NCBI GenBank assembly: GCA_004431415.1
Contig: QPMI01000107.1
Coordinates: forward strand, 1-64,000
Length of the DNA: 64,000 nucleotides
Reading direction: 5' to 3'
Origin: Cyanophora paradoxa CCMP329
Taxonomy: Eukaryota; Plantae; Glaucophyta
A program made the translations under genes and the position numbers. Shown piece by piece: positions 35,501 through 50,500 of the stretch. How positions within the stretch are numbered: the first letter of the stretch is position 1; the number at the start of each line of letters is the position of its first letter. The notes below the pieces were generated by a model. The model searched no databases. It was not told where the DNA came from and saw only the letters and a program-made list of their open reading frames with translations.

Positions 35501-38500
35501 CCCGAGGCGCCGGCGGTCGTCAAGGGACCGTACCTGGCGACGACCTCGTCCATCAGCGTGGAGATCGAGCTTCCCGCGGGTTGGGAGAAGAGCAACGGCA
35601 CGGAGCTGTACCGGGACGGCAAGCTCATCGTCACGCTTCCGACGCCTGGGCAGTGCACCCCGTGCCAGTCAGCATCCGCGGAGTGCTGCCTTGTGTACGA
35701 GGACAAGGCCGGCCTCTCGCCGGGCCACGCGTACAACTACACGGCGCTGCTGACGGTTGACAACGGGGGCGTGCGCGTCACGTCGCCCGAGTCGCCGAAG
35801 ACCGAGCTGTGGACCGCCCTGCCTGCGCCGCGGCCGGTGATCGATGGGACGACTCCGGTACCCTCGGTGACGGTGAACGTGTCCCTGCCCGCGAACCTCG
35901 AGGATGTTGTGGTCGCGACCAAGTGCTGGGAGAACGCCGCCACGACGCCCTCGCTCTCTAGCCTGACGAACGAGCCGTTCCTGGCGCTCTTCAGTGTGTC
36001 GAACGAGCAGTTCGTGGTGACGAGCACTTCCAACTTAGTAAGCATGCCTTCCGTCGACTGGGCGACGACCTACGTGTGGGTGTGCGTGTACCTCGGCAAG
36101 GGGGAGTCGAGGAGCGAGCCGGGCAACGTGACGGTGACGCTGCCGCCGAAGGCCCCAACCCTCGACATGAACGTGTTGAATCAGACAAGCGTCGAGGTCA
36201 CTATCGGTATACCTCATGGACCGAGCCAAAATTTATCGGATCAAGTCATTCTGATTTGCAACGGTACTGCTGCGGCGTACAGCCCCATCATTATTCCTGC
36301 TTCTGACATGGTCGCGTCTTACACTCACGTGCTCACGGGATTGAAGCCTGGCGAGGTCATTGCGTGCAATGCGGTCCTCAATTCGACAGCGGGCAAGTCT
36401 CTACCATCCGACGCCGATAACGTGGGCAACGATGGCGATTCCACAGTTGCGCAGACTTGGCCTGCGGATAGGGCAGCAGTGACTGTTGTGGACGTGAACA
36501 GCACTGCGATCTTTATGGAACTCTTTGTGCCCATTACAGCTGGTGTCGAGGTGAACAGAATTCTGGTGTTCCGCGGAGAGCAACTGGCGGGCAACCTCTC
36601 TGCAGATTCATCAGTGTCGGCGACATCGACGACAACGAAATACACATTCACAGACGTTGGATTGGTTCCACAGACATTGTACACGTACTCAGTGATTTAC
36701 ACGACCCAAGGCGAGCCCTCAAAGCCGAGCGATCCGAAGAACGGGCGCACTGCACCGACAGCCCCGAAACTCACGTTGGTTTCCAATGGCTCGACAAACA
36801 TCACTTTCAGCATCGTATCCCCCGATCTCGATCGCGAACCTTTCACGGAGGATCACATTGTGCAAACTTTCGTCTATCGTGACGGGAGCACAATGCCGCT
36901 TGGGCTCTGCTCTGGCGAGAACTCAGTCAAGCAGTGTGTTGACGATTCCGTCCTCCCTGGGCACACGTACTCGTACACGGTCAAGTACGAGGGTGAAGGC
37001 ATAACCAACACAGTCCTGAGAAGCACGAACATGATCAACTCGTACAGCGCCGAAGCGTCCCTCCCGAACGTCGTTGTGGGTCGGCCACCAAGGCCCGTCC
37101 TGACACACGATACGCTCACGCCCACGAGTGTCAAGATCAACATCGAATATCCCACGGATGAAAATCTTCAGGAGATCACCGAAACGGTCATCACTCGCAA
37201 CGGGACTGGGGACCAGCCGACCGTGTCGCCGCTGTACGCGCCGCACACCTCGGACAACGGCCGGGCCCCGGGATCGACGGAGACGTACGTCGCCGTGTTC
37301 AAGACCGCCGGGGAGGACTCGGACCCGTCGGAGCCGGTGACGGTGACGCACCCGCCGCCGAACCCACCAGCGCTCTCGCCGCAGTCGGTGCCGCCCACGC
37401 ACACGGCGACATCCCTCAAGTTCCGCATCACCATGCCCAAGGATGGCGACGTCAAGCTCATGCCCTGGATCACGGGTATCGTCGTTTACCGAGACGGCGC
37501 TTTCCTGGAGCGTATTTCCAGCAGCAACATCGTCGGGAATACCGCGAACAACTGGTACGACTTTACGGACAGCGGCCTGAGGCCGAACGGCACGTACACG
37601 TACAAGGCGCTGATCGAGACAGCGCTGATCAACTCGAGCTTCTCATCCGAGTTGCCGATGCAGACGGCCCGGGCGGGCGCTCCGAGGATCTCAAATGTGG
37701 AGACAGTGAGCACGACCGTGCTGAACGTCACCGTGGAGGACATCCCACCCAGCGCCTTTGGGTCGGTGAACGTGATGACGATACGGCTCCACAGCTCGAA
37801 CAGCTCAGTGGCGCTTCCGGATGCGCTGGCAAAGCTGGATGGTGCGTCGTCGGTCGTATTCACCGTGAGCAATCTGCAACCCGGCAAGCTGTACGAGTTC
37901 ACTGCGGACTACACGACGAAGGGCGTGCAGGAGCAGTCTGACGGCGCCGACTCGTTCATGAGCAGCCCTTCGATCGGCCGCACGATCCCGGAACCGCCCG
38001 TTCTTGCATTGGTCTCTGCAAACAAGTCTGCGGTCTTGATTGATGTTGCCAAGCCGACGTGCGTGTCTGCCGCTTCCTGCAGCGTGGACGGGGCGACGCA
38101 AGTTCAGCTGACGCGGTCGCCTGCTTGGCCTGTGGACGGCAAGGCCGACAAGCTCATCTTCTCTGCGGGTCTCCTCGAGGGCGTCTTCGTGGACACCGAT
38201 GTGGTCCCTGGACGTGAGTATACGTACCACGCGATCTTCATGACGGATGCCCTCACGGACGCGGAGTCTTCCGCTGTGTCGAACGTCATTATCGTGACCT
38301 GCGCTCCCTCAAAACCCAAGATCTACCGCCAGGCCTACAACTCGTCGTCGCTGACAATCCGCATCGAGTCTTCTTCAATGGACGCGAACGACGTTTTTGG
38401 TGCAAACGGCACCGAGATCTATCGCTCAGATATGGGCAGCGACCCCGTGGCGATCCTCGCCGCTGGGGTGTCTCAGTGGACGGACGCGGGCTGCTCCGAC

Positions 38501-41500
38501 GCCAACGAGTACACCTACACAGCGTTGTATACCACGGACACTGCGTCTGTTCGCGTTGTTTCTGAGACGTCAGATCCCGCGATTCTGTGGACTGCTGCCT
38601 CGCCCCCTGCTCTGACGCATATTGCAAACACCACAGCCCCGTCCTTTACTTTCAGCGTTCCCTACCCCACGAACAACGCCCCCATCGAAGCGACCGAGTG
38701 CCGGCGGAATGTGTCGACTGTGCTCGACACCATGTACCGCGGGAGCACCGGGAACACGACGCTGCACGACTACAAGAACGGGCTCGTGTGGGCAACCACG
38801 TACTGCTACACCTGCAAGTTCCGGGGCGATGGCGGCACTGATGCCGGCGGCGATGTCGGCGACACGATCAGTGCTGAGTCGATTCCGCGATGCGTCACTG
38901 CGCGCCCGTCTACGCCAAAGATCAGCGGAAGGGCACTTAACGAGACAACGATTGAGCTTTCTGTGGCGGTAGATGACCTCGCCAGCCACGAGCTCATGAC
39001 AAGCGTCCTTATCAGCTTCACGCACGTTGAAAATGGCACATCAACCACCTTCATCCTTGCGAAGTCGGACGTGCTCAACGTGACGCTGTACCACGCGACG
39101 CTGGACGTCCCAGTGCTGGCAGATTCGCTGTACTCCTTCCAGGCCCAGCTGCAGTCCGATGTTGGACCGTCCGACTGGTCTCGGCCTGGCGCCGCTCTCA
39201 CTCCCCCCGCCAAGGCTCCCTCGCTCCAGTACGCCGACAAGATCAGCAACAGCACTCTCGGCTTTGCGTTCACGCTCCCTGAGTCTGCCGACATAGATGT
39301 TCAGGAAATCGTTATCATCCGCAACGGGACGGAGCTCGCGCGCTTGGTCGATTCAGCTCGCTACTTTGAGGACACTGGGCTTGAACCCGGCCAGCTGTAC
39401 GAGTACATCGCCTACTACACGACGCCCGGAGGCCCGGTGGAGACTTCGGAGAACAGCACGTCGCTCTTTGAGTGGACGGCGCCCACTGCGCCCGTCGTGA
39501 CGCAGACTGCGGGGATGCCGCCCACAGTGACGACCGTCTTCCTCAGCATTGCTTGCCCGGATGCGTCGGTTCGCGCCGTGAACCACACGTACGTGTACCG
39601 CAGCGACAAGGGAGCCAACGAGCCCGTCTGTGAAGCGGTTGGGCTCCTCACGTCGTGCAACGACATCGATGTTGTGCCTGGCAAGAATTACACTTACACG
39701 GCTGAATTTATTGGTGTGAAGACGAGTTGGTACCACAAGGGCCGAAAGAGCGCCCCGTCACAACCTATCACCCTTGCAACAGCTATTCCCATACCGCCTG
39801 TTTTGACTTACGATACGCTCACGCCCACGAGCGTCAAGATCAACATCGAGTATCCTGCAGACACCGAGATGAAGGGAGTGATCATCAACACGGTCATCAC
39901 TCGCAACGGGACTGGGGACCAGCCGACCGTGTCGCCGCTGTACGCGCTGCACACCTCGGACAACGGCCGGGCCCCGGGATCGACGGAGACGTACGTCGCC
40001 GTGTTCAAGACCGCCGGGGAGGACTCGGACCCGTCGGAGCCGGTGACGGTGACGCACCCGCCGCCGAACCCACCAGCGCTCTCGCCGCAGTCGGTGCCGC
40101 CCACGCACACGGCGACATCCCTCAAGTTCCGCATCACCATGCCCAAGGATGGCGACGTCAAGCTCATGCCCTGGATCACGGGTATCGTCGTTTACCGAGA
40201 CGGCGCTTTCCTGGAGCGTATTTCCAGCAGCAACATCGTCGGGAATACCGCGAACAACTGGTACGACTTTACGGACAGCGGCCTGAGGCCGAACGGCACG
40301 TACACGTACAAGGCGCTGATCGAGACAGCGCTGATCAACTCGAGCTTCTCATCCGAGTTGCCGATGCAGACGGCCCGGGCGGGCGCTCCGAGGATCTCAA
40401 ATGTGGAGACAGTGAGCACGACCGTGCTGAACGTCACCGTGGAGGACATCCCACCCAGCGCCTTTGGGTCGGTGAACGTGATGACGATACGGCTCCACAG
40501 CTCGAACAGCTCAGTGGCGCTTCCGGATGCGCTGGCAAAGCTGGATGGTGCGTCGTCGGTCGTATTCACCGTGAGCAATCTGCAACCCGGCAAGCTGTAC
40601 GAGTTCACTGCGGACTACACGACGAAGGGCGTGCAGGAGCAGTCTGACGGCGCCGACTCGTTCATGAGCAGCCCTTCGATCGGCCGCACGATCCCGGAAC
40701 CGCCCGTTCTTGCATTGGTCTCTGCAAACAAGTCTGCGGTCTTGATTGATGTTGCCAAGCCGACGTGCGTGTCTGCCGCTTCCTGCAGCGTGGACGGGGC
40801 GACGCAAGTTCAGCTGACGCGGTCGCCTGCTTGGCCTGTGGACGGCAAGGCCGACAAGCTCATCTTCTCTGCGGGTCTCCTCGAGGGCGTCTTCGTGGAC
40901 ACGGACGTTCTTCCAGGCGTAAACTATACGTACCATGCCATCTACGTGACTGATGTTATCACTGATGCTCAGCAATCGTCAGCATCGAACTACATCTGGA
41001 TCGTCACCTCCGCCCTCCGGCCTACAGTTTCTAGTCAGGGCAAGTTCTCGACAAACACATCCATCAAAGTCACGATCTCCACAACAGCAGATGCAGACCT
41101 GGCCATCCGCACCGAGTTGTTCCGAAATGGCTCCGAAGCCAATCACTGGGACGGTATCCCGCCCAGGTCACGAGACTGGACTAACACGGATCTCCTTCCC
41201 GGGACGCCATATGAATTCTACGCGAAAATCATTATGCCTACGATGCCTGAAACAGTAATCGTGGAATCAGAGCCATCGTTCAGCATTATTGCCTGGACCG
41301 CCGTCAACGCTCCCACTCCTTATGTGGCTAGCAAAACCGCCGACCCGTCCGTGAACATCAGTGTTCCTCTGCCGAGCGACCACACTATGGACGTGGTGAC
41401 AGCTACACGTTGCACTCGCACAGACGAAGTCACCAAGGAAACAACGGACTCGACAGTTCGGGGTGAACTGATTATTGAGACGACGACCACCGTGAACTTC

Positions 41501-44500
41501 GTGGGGGTATACACATACACGTGCGTTTTTGATGGCAAGGGAAGCACGACTAGCGCGTCGGGCGCAGTCACGGTCACACTGCCGCCGAAGGCCCCCGTTG
41601 TGACCATGGCGATGGCGGACTCGAACAACATCACCGTCACAGTCGACATCTTGAATCACATCCGAAGCAAGCAGCTCTCCACCGACTACCAGCTGACCTG
41701 CAACGACACGAACACGGCGCGCACGGTGGACATCGTGCTGACTGGGCCGGCGACGGTGACCCTCGCTGCCCTGCAGCCGAGCACCACGTACTCGTGCTGG
41801 GCGAAGGCAACGTCGTCGGCGGGCGACTCGCAGAACTCGAACACCGCGTCGGCGACGACGGACGACTCGCCCAAGCCGACCGTCTCGACGACCGACGTCA
41901 ACGCGACCGCCGTGTGGGTGAAGGTGACGCTGCCGGCGCTCATCCCCAATGTCGCTGTGAGCGGCGTGCGGATCTGGCGGGCGACGGACGAGAACGACGC
42001 GTCGTCCTGGAGCGCGTGGGAGGTCGTCGCGACGGTCTCGAGTGCGGATGCCGACGGGGCGTACCGCTACGTGGATGGGGCCCGGGCGTCGCAGACGAGG
42101 TACCGGTACAAGGCGGTGTTCCTCACGCCTGCGTACTCGAAGGAGAGCGATCCTCAGAACGCCCGCACCGGCCCGCCGGCGCCCGAGCTGACACTGAACT
42201 ACGCGAAGGCCTACGAGGTGAAGCTCAACGTCACCCAGAGCGGCCTCAAGACCTCTTTCGTCGCCCAGACGCTGATCTGGCGCAACGATACGCGAATCTG
42301 CACCACGGGGCCCGACGCGCTCGACTCGTGCCTTGACAACAGCGCCGCCGACGTCAGCCCCGGCATCACGTACAAGTACGTGGCGCAGTACAGAGGCATT
42401 GCCTTCTACGGTGGGGCGCCCGACAATCAGAAGTTCGGGGAATTCTCGGCTCCGCTCTACGTGACGACGCCGCTGGTTGTGAAGCCGAGCATCACGCACG
42501 AGAAGATCACCGCGACGACCGCGGAGGTCTGCGTGACGTACCCGGCAGACGACAGCCGCTTCGAGATCAAGACGACGGAGTTCTCCCGCCTGTACCTTCC
42601 GGAGGCCGAAGTGAACACGTTCTCGATCACGAGGACAGCCGCGGCCAAGGACTGCAAGACGCTCACGGGCCTGGAGCCGGCGACGACGTCGAACATCACG
42701 GCTCACTACACGACGACGGGCGTGAACTCAACGACCTCGGACGTCCTGCAGGTGACGCAGGCGAGCCCGGCGGCGCCGTCGCTGTCCGTGAACTTCGACC
42801 CGGCCTACCCGAACGCGACAGCCGTCAAGGTCCGGGTGAAGTACCCGACGCAGCCAGCAGATTCGAGCATGCAGACGAACCCGGAGGAGGATCTCTTGCC
42901 GGTCGTCACCCGCATCGACCTGTACCGCAACGGCTCGCTCGTCGGCTCGCAGACTGCTGTCAGTACGACGGACACGTACGTGTTCATCGACGGCCGGCTC
43001 GCCCCGGGCCTGCTCTACTTCTACGAGGCGACGCTGTTCACCGAGTTCACGAACTCGCCGAACAAGTCGGCCCTGGCAGAGACGGACATCGCGGCCAAGC
43101 CCACGATCACGGCGACCGGCATCGACCGCAACACGTCAGCAATCACGCTGGTGGTGGACCACCCGGTGCCGGAGCAGGCGGCCGCTGTGACGATCCGCAT
43201 CTACCGCTCGGAGGAGCAGACCGGGACGTACCTGGAGATCGCGGAGATCCAGAGCAAGCCTGAGCCGCAAGACGTGTACACGTACACGGACACCAGCCGT
43301 GCGGCGGGGACGCGGTACTGGTACAAGGCGGAGTACACGACGTTCGGCGAGCCGGACGGAATCGCTGGCAAGGTTTCGGAACTGAGCGTCGCGGACGGGG
43401 CGTGGACCGCGCCGGCGCCGCCGGCTTTCAGCCTGAGCTCGGCCGAGGTCACGGATTCGGGCGTGGTGAATGTCATCCTGCAGGTGGCGCCGTCGTTGAC
43501 GGGCAACTCCGTGACTGGCTTGGTGATCTCGCGCGATGACACGGGTGCCATCATCTGCTCCATGCTTGATTCACCTCAGTGGGTCAACGGTGTGGTCGGC
43601 ACTGCGGCGTGCGAGGACGACGACGCGGAGCCCGCGGTGACATACACGTACACGGCCCACTACGTCGGGGAAGAGGAATTGACGAGCAAGCGCGCGCACT
43701 TCAATGTGACGACGCCGCCCGAGGCGCCGGCGGTCGTCAAGGGCCCGTACCTGGCGACGACCTCGTCCATTAGCGTGGAGATCGAGCTTCCCGCGGGTTG
43801 GGAGAAGAGCAACGGCACGGAGCTGTACCGGGACGGCAAGCTCATCGTCACGCTTCCGACGCCTGGGCAGTGCAGCCCTTGCCAGTCAGCGTCCGCGGAG
43901 TGCTGCCTTGTGTACGAGGACAAGGCCGGCCTCTCGCCGGGCCACGCGTACAACTACACGGCGCTGCTGACGGTCGACAACGGGGGCGTGCGTGTCACCT
44001 CGCCGGAGTCGCCGAAGACCGAGCTGTGGACCGCCCTTCCTGCGCCGCGGCCGGTGATCGGTGGCACGACTGCGGTACCCTCGGTGACGGTGAACGTGTC
44101 CCTGCCCGCGAACCTCGAGGATGTTGTGGTCGCGACCAAGTGCTGGGAGAACGCCGCCACGACGCCCTCGCTCGCAAGCCTGACAAACGAGCCGTTCATG
44201 GCGCTCTTCTGTGTGTCGAACGAGCAGTTCGTGGTGACGAGCACTTCCAACTTGGCCAGCATGCCTTCCGTCGACTGGGCGACGACCTACGTGTGGGTGT
44301 GCGTGTACCTCGGCAAGGGAGAGTCGAGGAGCGAGCCGGGCAACGTGACGGTGACGCTGCCGCCGAAGGCCCCCGTCGTTGCGATGACAATGGTCGACTC
44401 AAACACCATCAACGTGACAGTCGACATCCAGAACCACGCTGCCAGCAAGCAGCTCTCCACCGACTACCAGCTGACCTGCAACGACACGAACACGGCGCGC

Positions 44501-47500
44501 ACGGTGGACATCGTGCTGACTGGGCCGGCGACGGTGACCCTCGCTGCCCTGCAGCCGAGCACCACGTACTCGTGCTGGGCGAAGGCAACGTCGTCGGCGG
44601 GCGACTCGCAGAACTCGAACACCGCGTCGGCGACGACGGACGACTCGCCCAAGCCGACCGTCTCGACGACCGACGTCAACGCGACCGCCGTGTGGGTGAA
44701 GGTGACGCTGCCGGCGCTCATCCCCAATGTTGCTGTGAGCGGCGTGCGGATCTGGCGGGCGACGGACGAGAACGACGCGCCGTCCTGGAGCGCGTGGGAG
44801 GTCGCCGCGACGGTCTCGAGTGCGGATGCCGACGGGGCGTACCGCTACGTGGATGGGGCCCGGGCGTCGCAGACGAGGTACCGGTACAAGGCGGTGTTCC
44901 TCACGCCGGCGTACTCGAAGGAGAGCGATCCTCAGAACGCCCGCACCGGCCCGCCGGCGCCCGAGCTGACGCTGAACTACGCGAAGGCCTACGAGGTGAA
45001 GCTCAACGTCACCCAGAGCGGCCTCAAGACCTCTTTCGTCGCCCAGACGCTGATCTGGCGCAACGATACGCGAATCTGCACCACGGGGCCCGACGCGCTC
45101 GACTCGTGCCTTGACAACAGCGCCGCCGATGTCAGCCCCGGCATCGCGTACAAGTATGTGGCACAGTACATAGGCGTGGCCTTCTACGGCGGGGCGCCTG
45201 ACGACCAGAAGTTCGGGGAATTCTCGGCTCCGCTCTACGTGACGACGCCGCTGGTTGTGAAGCCGAGCATCACGCACGAGAAGATCACCGCGACGACCGC
45301 GGAGGTCTGCGTGACGTACCCGGCAGACGACAGCCGCTTCGAGATCAAGACGACGGAGTTCTCCCGCCTGTACCTTCCGGAGGCCGAAGTGAACACGTTC
45401 TCGATCACGAGGACAGCCGCGGCCAAGGACTGCAAGACGCTCACGGGCCTGGAGCCGGCGACGACGTCGAACATCACGGCTCACTACACGACGACGGGCG
45501 TGAACTCAACGACCTCGGACGTCCTGCAGGTCACGCAGGCGAGCCCGGCGGCGCCGTCGCTGTCCGTGAACTTCGACCCGGCCTACCCGAACGCGACAGC
45601 CGTCAAGGTCCGGGTGAAGTACCCGACGCAGCCAGCAGATTCGAGCATGCAGACGAACCCGGAGGAGGACCTTCTGCCGGTCATCAAACGGATCGACCTG
45701 TTCCGCAACGGCTCGCTCGTCGGCTCGCAGACTGCTGTCGGTACGACGGACACGTACGTGTTCATCGACGGCGGGCTCGCCCCGGGCCTGCTCTACTTCT
45801 ACGAGGCGACGCTGTTCACCGAGTTCACGAACTCGCCGAACAAGTCGGCCCTGGCAGAGACGGACATCGCGGCCAAGCCCACGATCACGGCGACCGGCAT
45901 CGACCGCAACACGTCAGCAATCACGCTGGTGGTGGACCACCCGGTGCCGGAGCAGGCGGCCGCTGTGACGATCCGCATCTACCGCTCGGAGGAGCAGACC
46001 GGGACGTACCTGGAGATCGCGGAGATCCAGAGCAAGCCTGAGCCGCAAGACGTGTACACGTACACGGACACCAGCCGTGCGGCGGGGACGCGGTACTGGT
46101 ACAAGGCGGAGTACACGACGTTCGGCGAGCCGGACGGAATCGCTGGCAAGGTTTCGGAACTGAGCGTCGCGGACGGGGCATGGACCGCGCCGGCGCCGCC
46201 GGCTTTCAGCCTGAGCTCGGCCGAGGTCACGGATTCGGGCGTGGTGAATGTCATCCTGCAGGTGGCGCCGTCGTTGACGGGCAACTCCGTGACTGGCTTG
46301 GTGATCTCGCGCGATGACACGGGTGCCATCATCTGCTCCATGCTTGATTCACCTCAGTGGGTCAACGGTGTGGTCGGCACTGCGGCGTGCGAGGACGACG
46401 ACGCGGAGCCCGCGGTGACATACACGTACACGGCCTACTACGTCGGGGAAGAGGAATTGACGAGCAAGCGCGCGCACTTCAATGTGACGACGCCGCCCGA
46501 GGCGCCGGCGGTCGTCAAGGGCCCGTACCTGGCGACGACCTCGTCCATCAGCGTGGAGATCGAGCTTCCCGCGGGTTGGGAGAAGAGCAACGGCACGGAG
46601 CTGTACCGGGACGGCAAGCTCATCGTCACGCTTCCGACGCCTGGGCAGTGCAGCCCTTGCCAGTCAGCGTCCGCGGAGTGCTGCCTTGTGTACGAGGACA
46701 AGGCCGGCCTCTCGCCGGGCCACGCGTACAACTACACGGCGCTGCTGACGGTCGACAACGGGGGCGTGCGTGTCACCTCGCCGGAGTCGCCGAAGACCGA
46801 GCTGTGGACCGCCCTTCCTGCGCCGCGGCCGGTGATCGGTGGCACGACTGCGGTACCCTCGGTGACGGTGAACGTGTCCCTGCCCGCGAACCTCGAGGAT
46901 GTTGTGGTCGCGACCAAGTGCTGGGAGAACGCCGCCACGACGCCCTCGCTCGCAAGCCTGACAAACGAGCCGTTCATGGCGCTCTTCTGTGTGTCGAACG
47001 AGCAGTTCGTGGTGACGAGCACTTCCAACTTGGCCAGCATGCCTTCCGTCGACTGGGCGACGACCTACGTGTGGGTGTGCGTGTACCTCGGCAAGGGGGA
47101 GTCGAGGAGCGAGCCGGGTAACGTGACGGTGACGCTGCCGCCGAAGGCCCCCGTCGTTGCGATGACAATGGTCGACTCAAACACCATCAACGTGACAGTC
47201 GACATCCAGAACCACGCTGCCAGCAAGCAGCTCTCCACCGACTACCAGCTGACCTGCAACGACACGAACACGGCGCGCACGGTGGACATCGTGCTGACTG
47301 GGCCGGCGATGGTGACCCTCGCTGCCCTGCAGCCGAGCACCACGTACTCGTGCTGGGCGAAGGCAACGTCGTCGGCGGGCGACTCGCAGAACTCGAACAC
47401 CGCGTCGGCGACGACGGACGACTCGCCCAAGCCGACCGTCTCGACGACCGACGTCAACGCGACCGCCGTGTGGGTGAAGGTGACGCTGCCGGCGCTCATC

Positions 47501-50500
47501 CCCAATGTCGCTGTGAGCGGCGTGCGGATCTGGCGGGCGACGGACGAGAACGACGCGTCGTCCTGGAGCGCGTGGGAGGTCGTCGCGACGGTCTCGAGTG
47601 CGGATGCCGACGGGGCGTACCGCTACGTGGATGGGGGACGCGCGTCGCAGACGAGGTACCGGTACAAGGCGGTGTTCCTCACGCCTGCGTACTCGAAGGA
47701 GAGCGATCCTCAGAACGCCCGCACCGGCCCGCCGGCGCCCGAGCTGACACTGAACTACGCGAAGGCCTACGAGGTGAAGCTCAACGTCACCCAGAGCGGC
47801 CTCAAGACCTCTTTCGTCGCCCAGACGCTGATCTGGCGCAACGATACGCGAATCTGCACCACGGGGCCCGACGCGCTCGACTCGTGCCTTGACAACAGCG
47901 CCGCCGATGTCAGCCCCGGCATCACGTACAAGTATGTGGCACAGTACAGAGGCGTGGCCTTCTACGGCGGGGCGCCTGACGACCAGAAGTTCGGGGAATT
48001 CTCGGCTCCGCTCTACGTGACGACGCCGCTGGTTGTGAAGCCGAGCATCACGCACGAGAAGATCACCGCGACGACCGCGGAGGTCTGCGTGACGTACCCG
48101 GCAGACGACAGCCGCTTCGAGATCAAGACGACGGAGTTCTCCCGCCTGTACCTTCCGGAGGCCGAAGTGAACACGTTCTCGATCACGAGGACAGCCGCGG
48201 CCAAGGACTGCAAGACGCTCACGGGCCTGGAGCCGGCGACGACGTCGAACATCACGGCTCACTACACGACGACGGGCGTGAACTCAACGACCTCGGACGT
48301 CCTGCAGGTGACGCAGGCCATTCCTGCCTCCCCCGTCCTCGCGCTGGACTCGGTCAACTCCTCTCCGAGCTTCCCCACCGCGACCGTCGTGAAGGTCAAG
48401 GTCACCTATCCAACCCGTGCGCCCGAGGCGAACACGATCCCTGGAGAGGACCTCAGGCCCGTCGTCACGAGGATCGACCTGTACCGCGATGGAATGCTGG
48501 CCGCCTCTCAGACGATGGCTGCACCGCGCACCGTCGACTTCTTCGTGTTCACGGACTCCGGTCTCCCGCCAGGACTGACTTTCGCCTACGAGGCGGCCCT
48601 CTTCACGCTCTACTCCAAGTCGCCGAACGGATCGCTGTCTGCCAAGACGAAGGACCCCGCGGCGCCAACCCTCGCTGCGAAGGGCATTGATGCCACGTCC
48701 GTGAAGGTGACGGTGGCGAAGCCCGTGCCGGAGCAGGATGCTGCGGTCGCAATCCGCATCTACACCGCAGCCTCGGAGGAGGGCCCCTACAGCAAGCTCA
48801 CCGAGATTCTCAAGACGTCGACGACCTACGAGTACACTCACAGTGGCCTGGCGGCAGGCTCGGAGTACTGGTACAAGGCGGACTACACCACGGCCGGCAA
48901 GCCGAGTCAGACATCAGGCGTGGACTCGCCGAACAGTACTGCCGACAGTGCCTGGACCTCGCCGAACCCGCCAGTCCTGTCGCTCACCTCGTCCACCACC
49001 GCGTCCTCCGGCGACGCGTCGACGAGCATCCTGCACGTTGAGCCGTCGACTCCGGATGACGACATTACCGTGCTCGTGCTCGAGCGTTTCCGCGGAGGCT
49101 TCCTCTGCAAGGTGAACAGCTCCTGGGCTGGTGACACTCCGGGCGTGACCGACTGCACCGACGACGACGCGTCCCCTGCAACGCCGTACACGTACGTGGC
49201 GTACTACATCGGCAAGGACGGCATGGAGAGCACTCGCGTGAACATCACGATCACGACGCCGCCGGGATCGCCGACGGTGGTGCAGGGCCCGTACCCAGCC
49301 ACCACCACGACCACGAGCGTCCAGATTGAGCTCCCTCAGAGGTGGGTGGAGAGCAACGGCACGGAGCTGTACCGCGACGGCCAGCTGATCGCAACGCTGC
49401 CGAACACGTGCACGCCCTGCAGCGCGCCGACCGGATGCTGCCTGCTGTTCAACGACACCGGTCTCGTCACGGGCCGCGCGTACAACTACACTGCCTTGCT
49501 CACGGTTGACAACGACGGCGTGGTCGTGAAGTCGCCGCTGTCTGATCCGAAGGAGCTCTGGACCGCCCTTCCCGCGCCCCAGCCTGTTGTGGTCTCGACC
49601 ACGACGGGCCCGTCGGTCACCGTGAGCGTGCCTCTTCCAGCCGGTCTGGAGGGGGTGGTCACGAGCACGGTCTGCTGGGAGGATACCACGCCGGGCACGA
49701 CGTTCACGGTCTCGAACGGCCAGTTCACTTTCACGAGCTCGAGCGCGCCGTACACGGTCGACTTTGCGCTGTCGTACGTCTGGGTGTGCGAGTTCAAGGG
49801 CAAGGGAGGCACGACCAGCCAGACGGGCCAGGTGGATCCGACGCTGCCGCCGGCGGCGCCCAACCTCGAGATGACCCCGCTGAACTCGACGACCATCATG
49901 GTTACAGTCACCATCGACAATGACGCCAGCAAGGCGTTGACGAACTCGACGATCCTCGTGTGCAACGGCACTGCTGGCACGCAGACGATTGCGCCCAGCC
50001 CGTCCGGCGTGACCGTCGTCTACCTGACCGTGCTGCCCGGCGAGGTCATCTCCTGCAACGCAGTCCTCGACTCGCCGGCCGGCAAGTCGGACAAGTCCGA
50101 CAGCGACTCCAGCAACGGCCAGGAGGGCGATCCGGTGGTGGTCCAGACGCAGTACCCGCCCAAGCCCACTGTGACTTGGAAGCGTGACCCCACAACGAAC
50201 CAGTCGGTCTGCGTCAACGTCTACGTCCCCGCGACCGAGGGCATCACGATTGGGAACGTGTACTTGTACCTCGTCCAGTCGGATGGCACCCTGTCCGCGT
50301 CCGCGGTGTTCTCCGGAGCGTGGGGCTCGGGCGACACGCAGAAATGTCCGGGCGGCCTGAACTCGTTCACGAACTACAACTACACTGCGCGGTACGACAC
50401 GCAAGGCGCGCCGTCCGTGCTTGCCGACCTCACGAGGACGTGGACGCGCCCGTCCCCGCCGATCGGCACGAACGGGACGCGGGGCGCCCAGTGGCTCCAG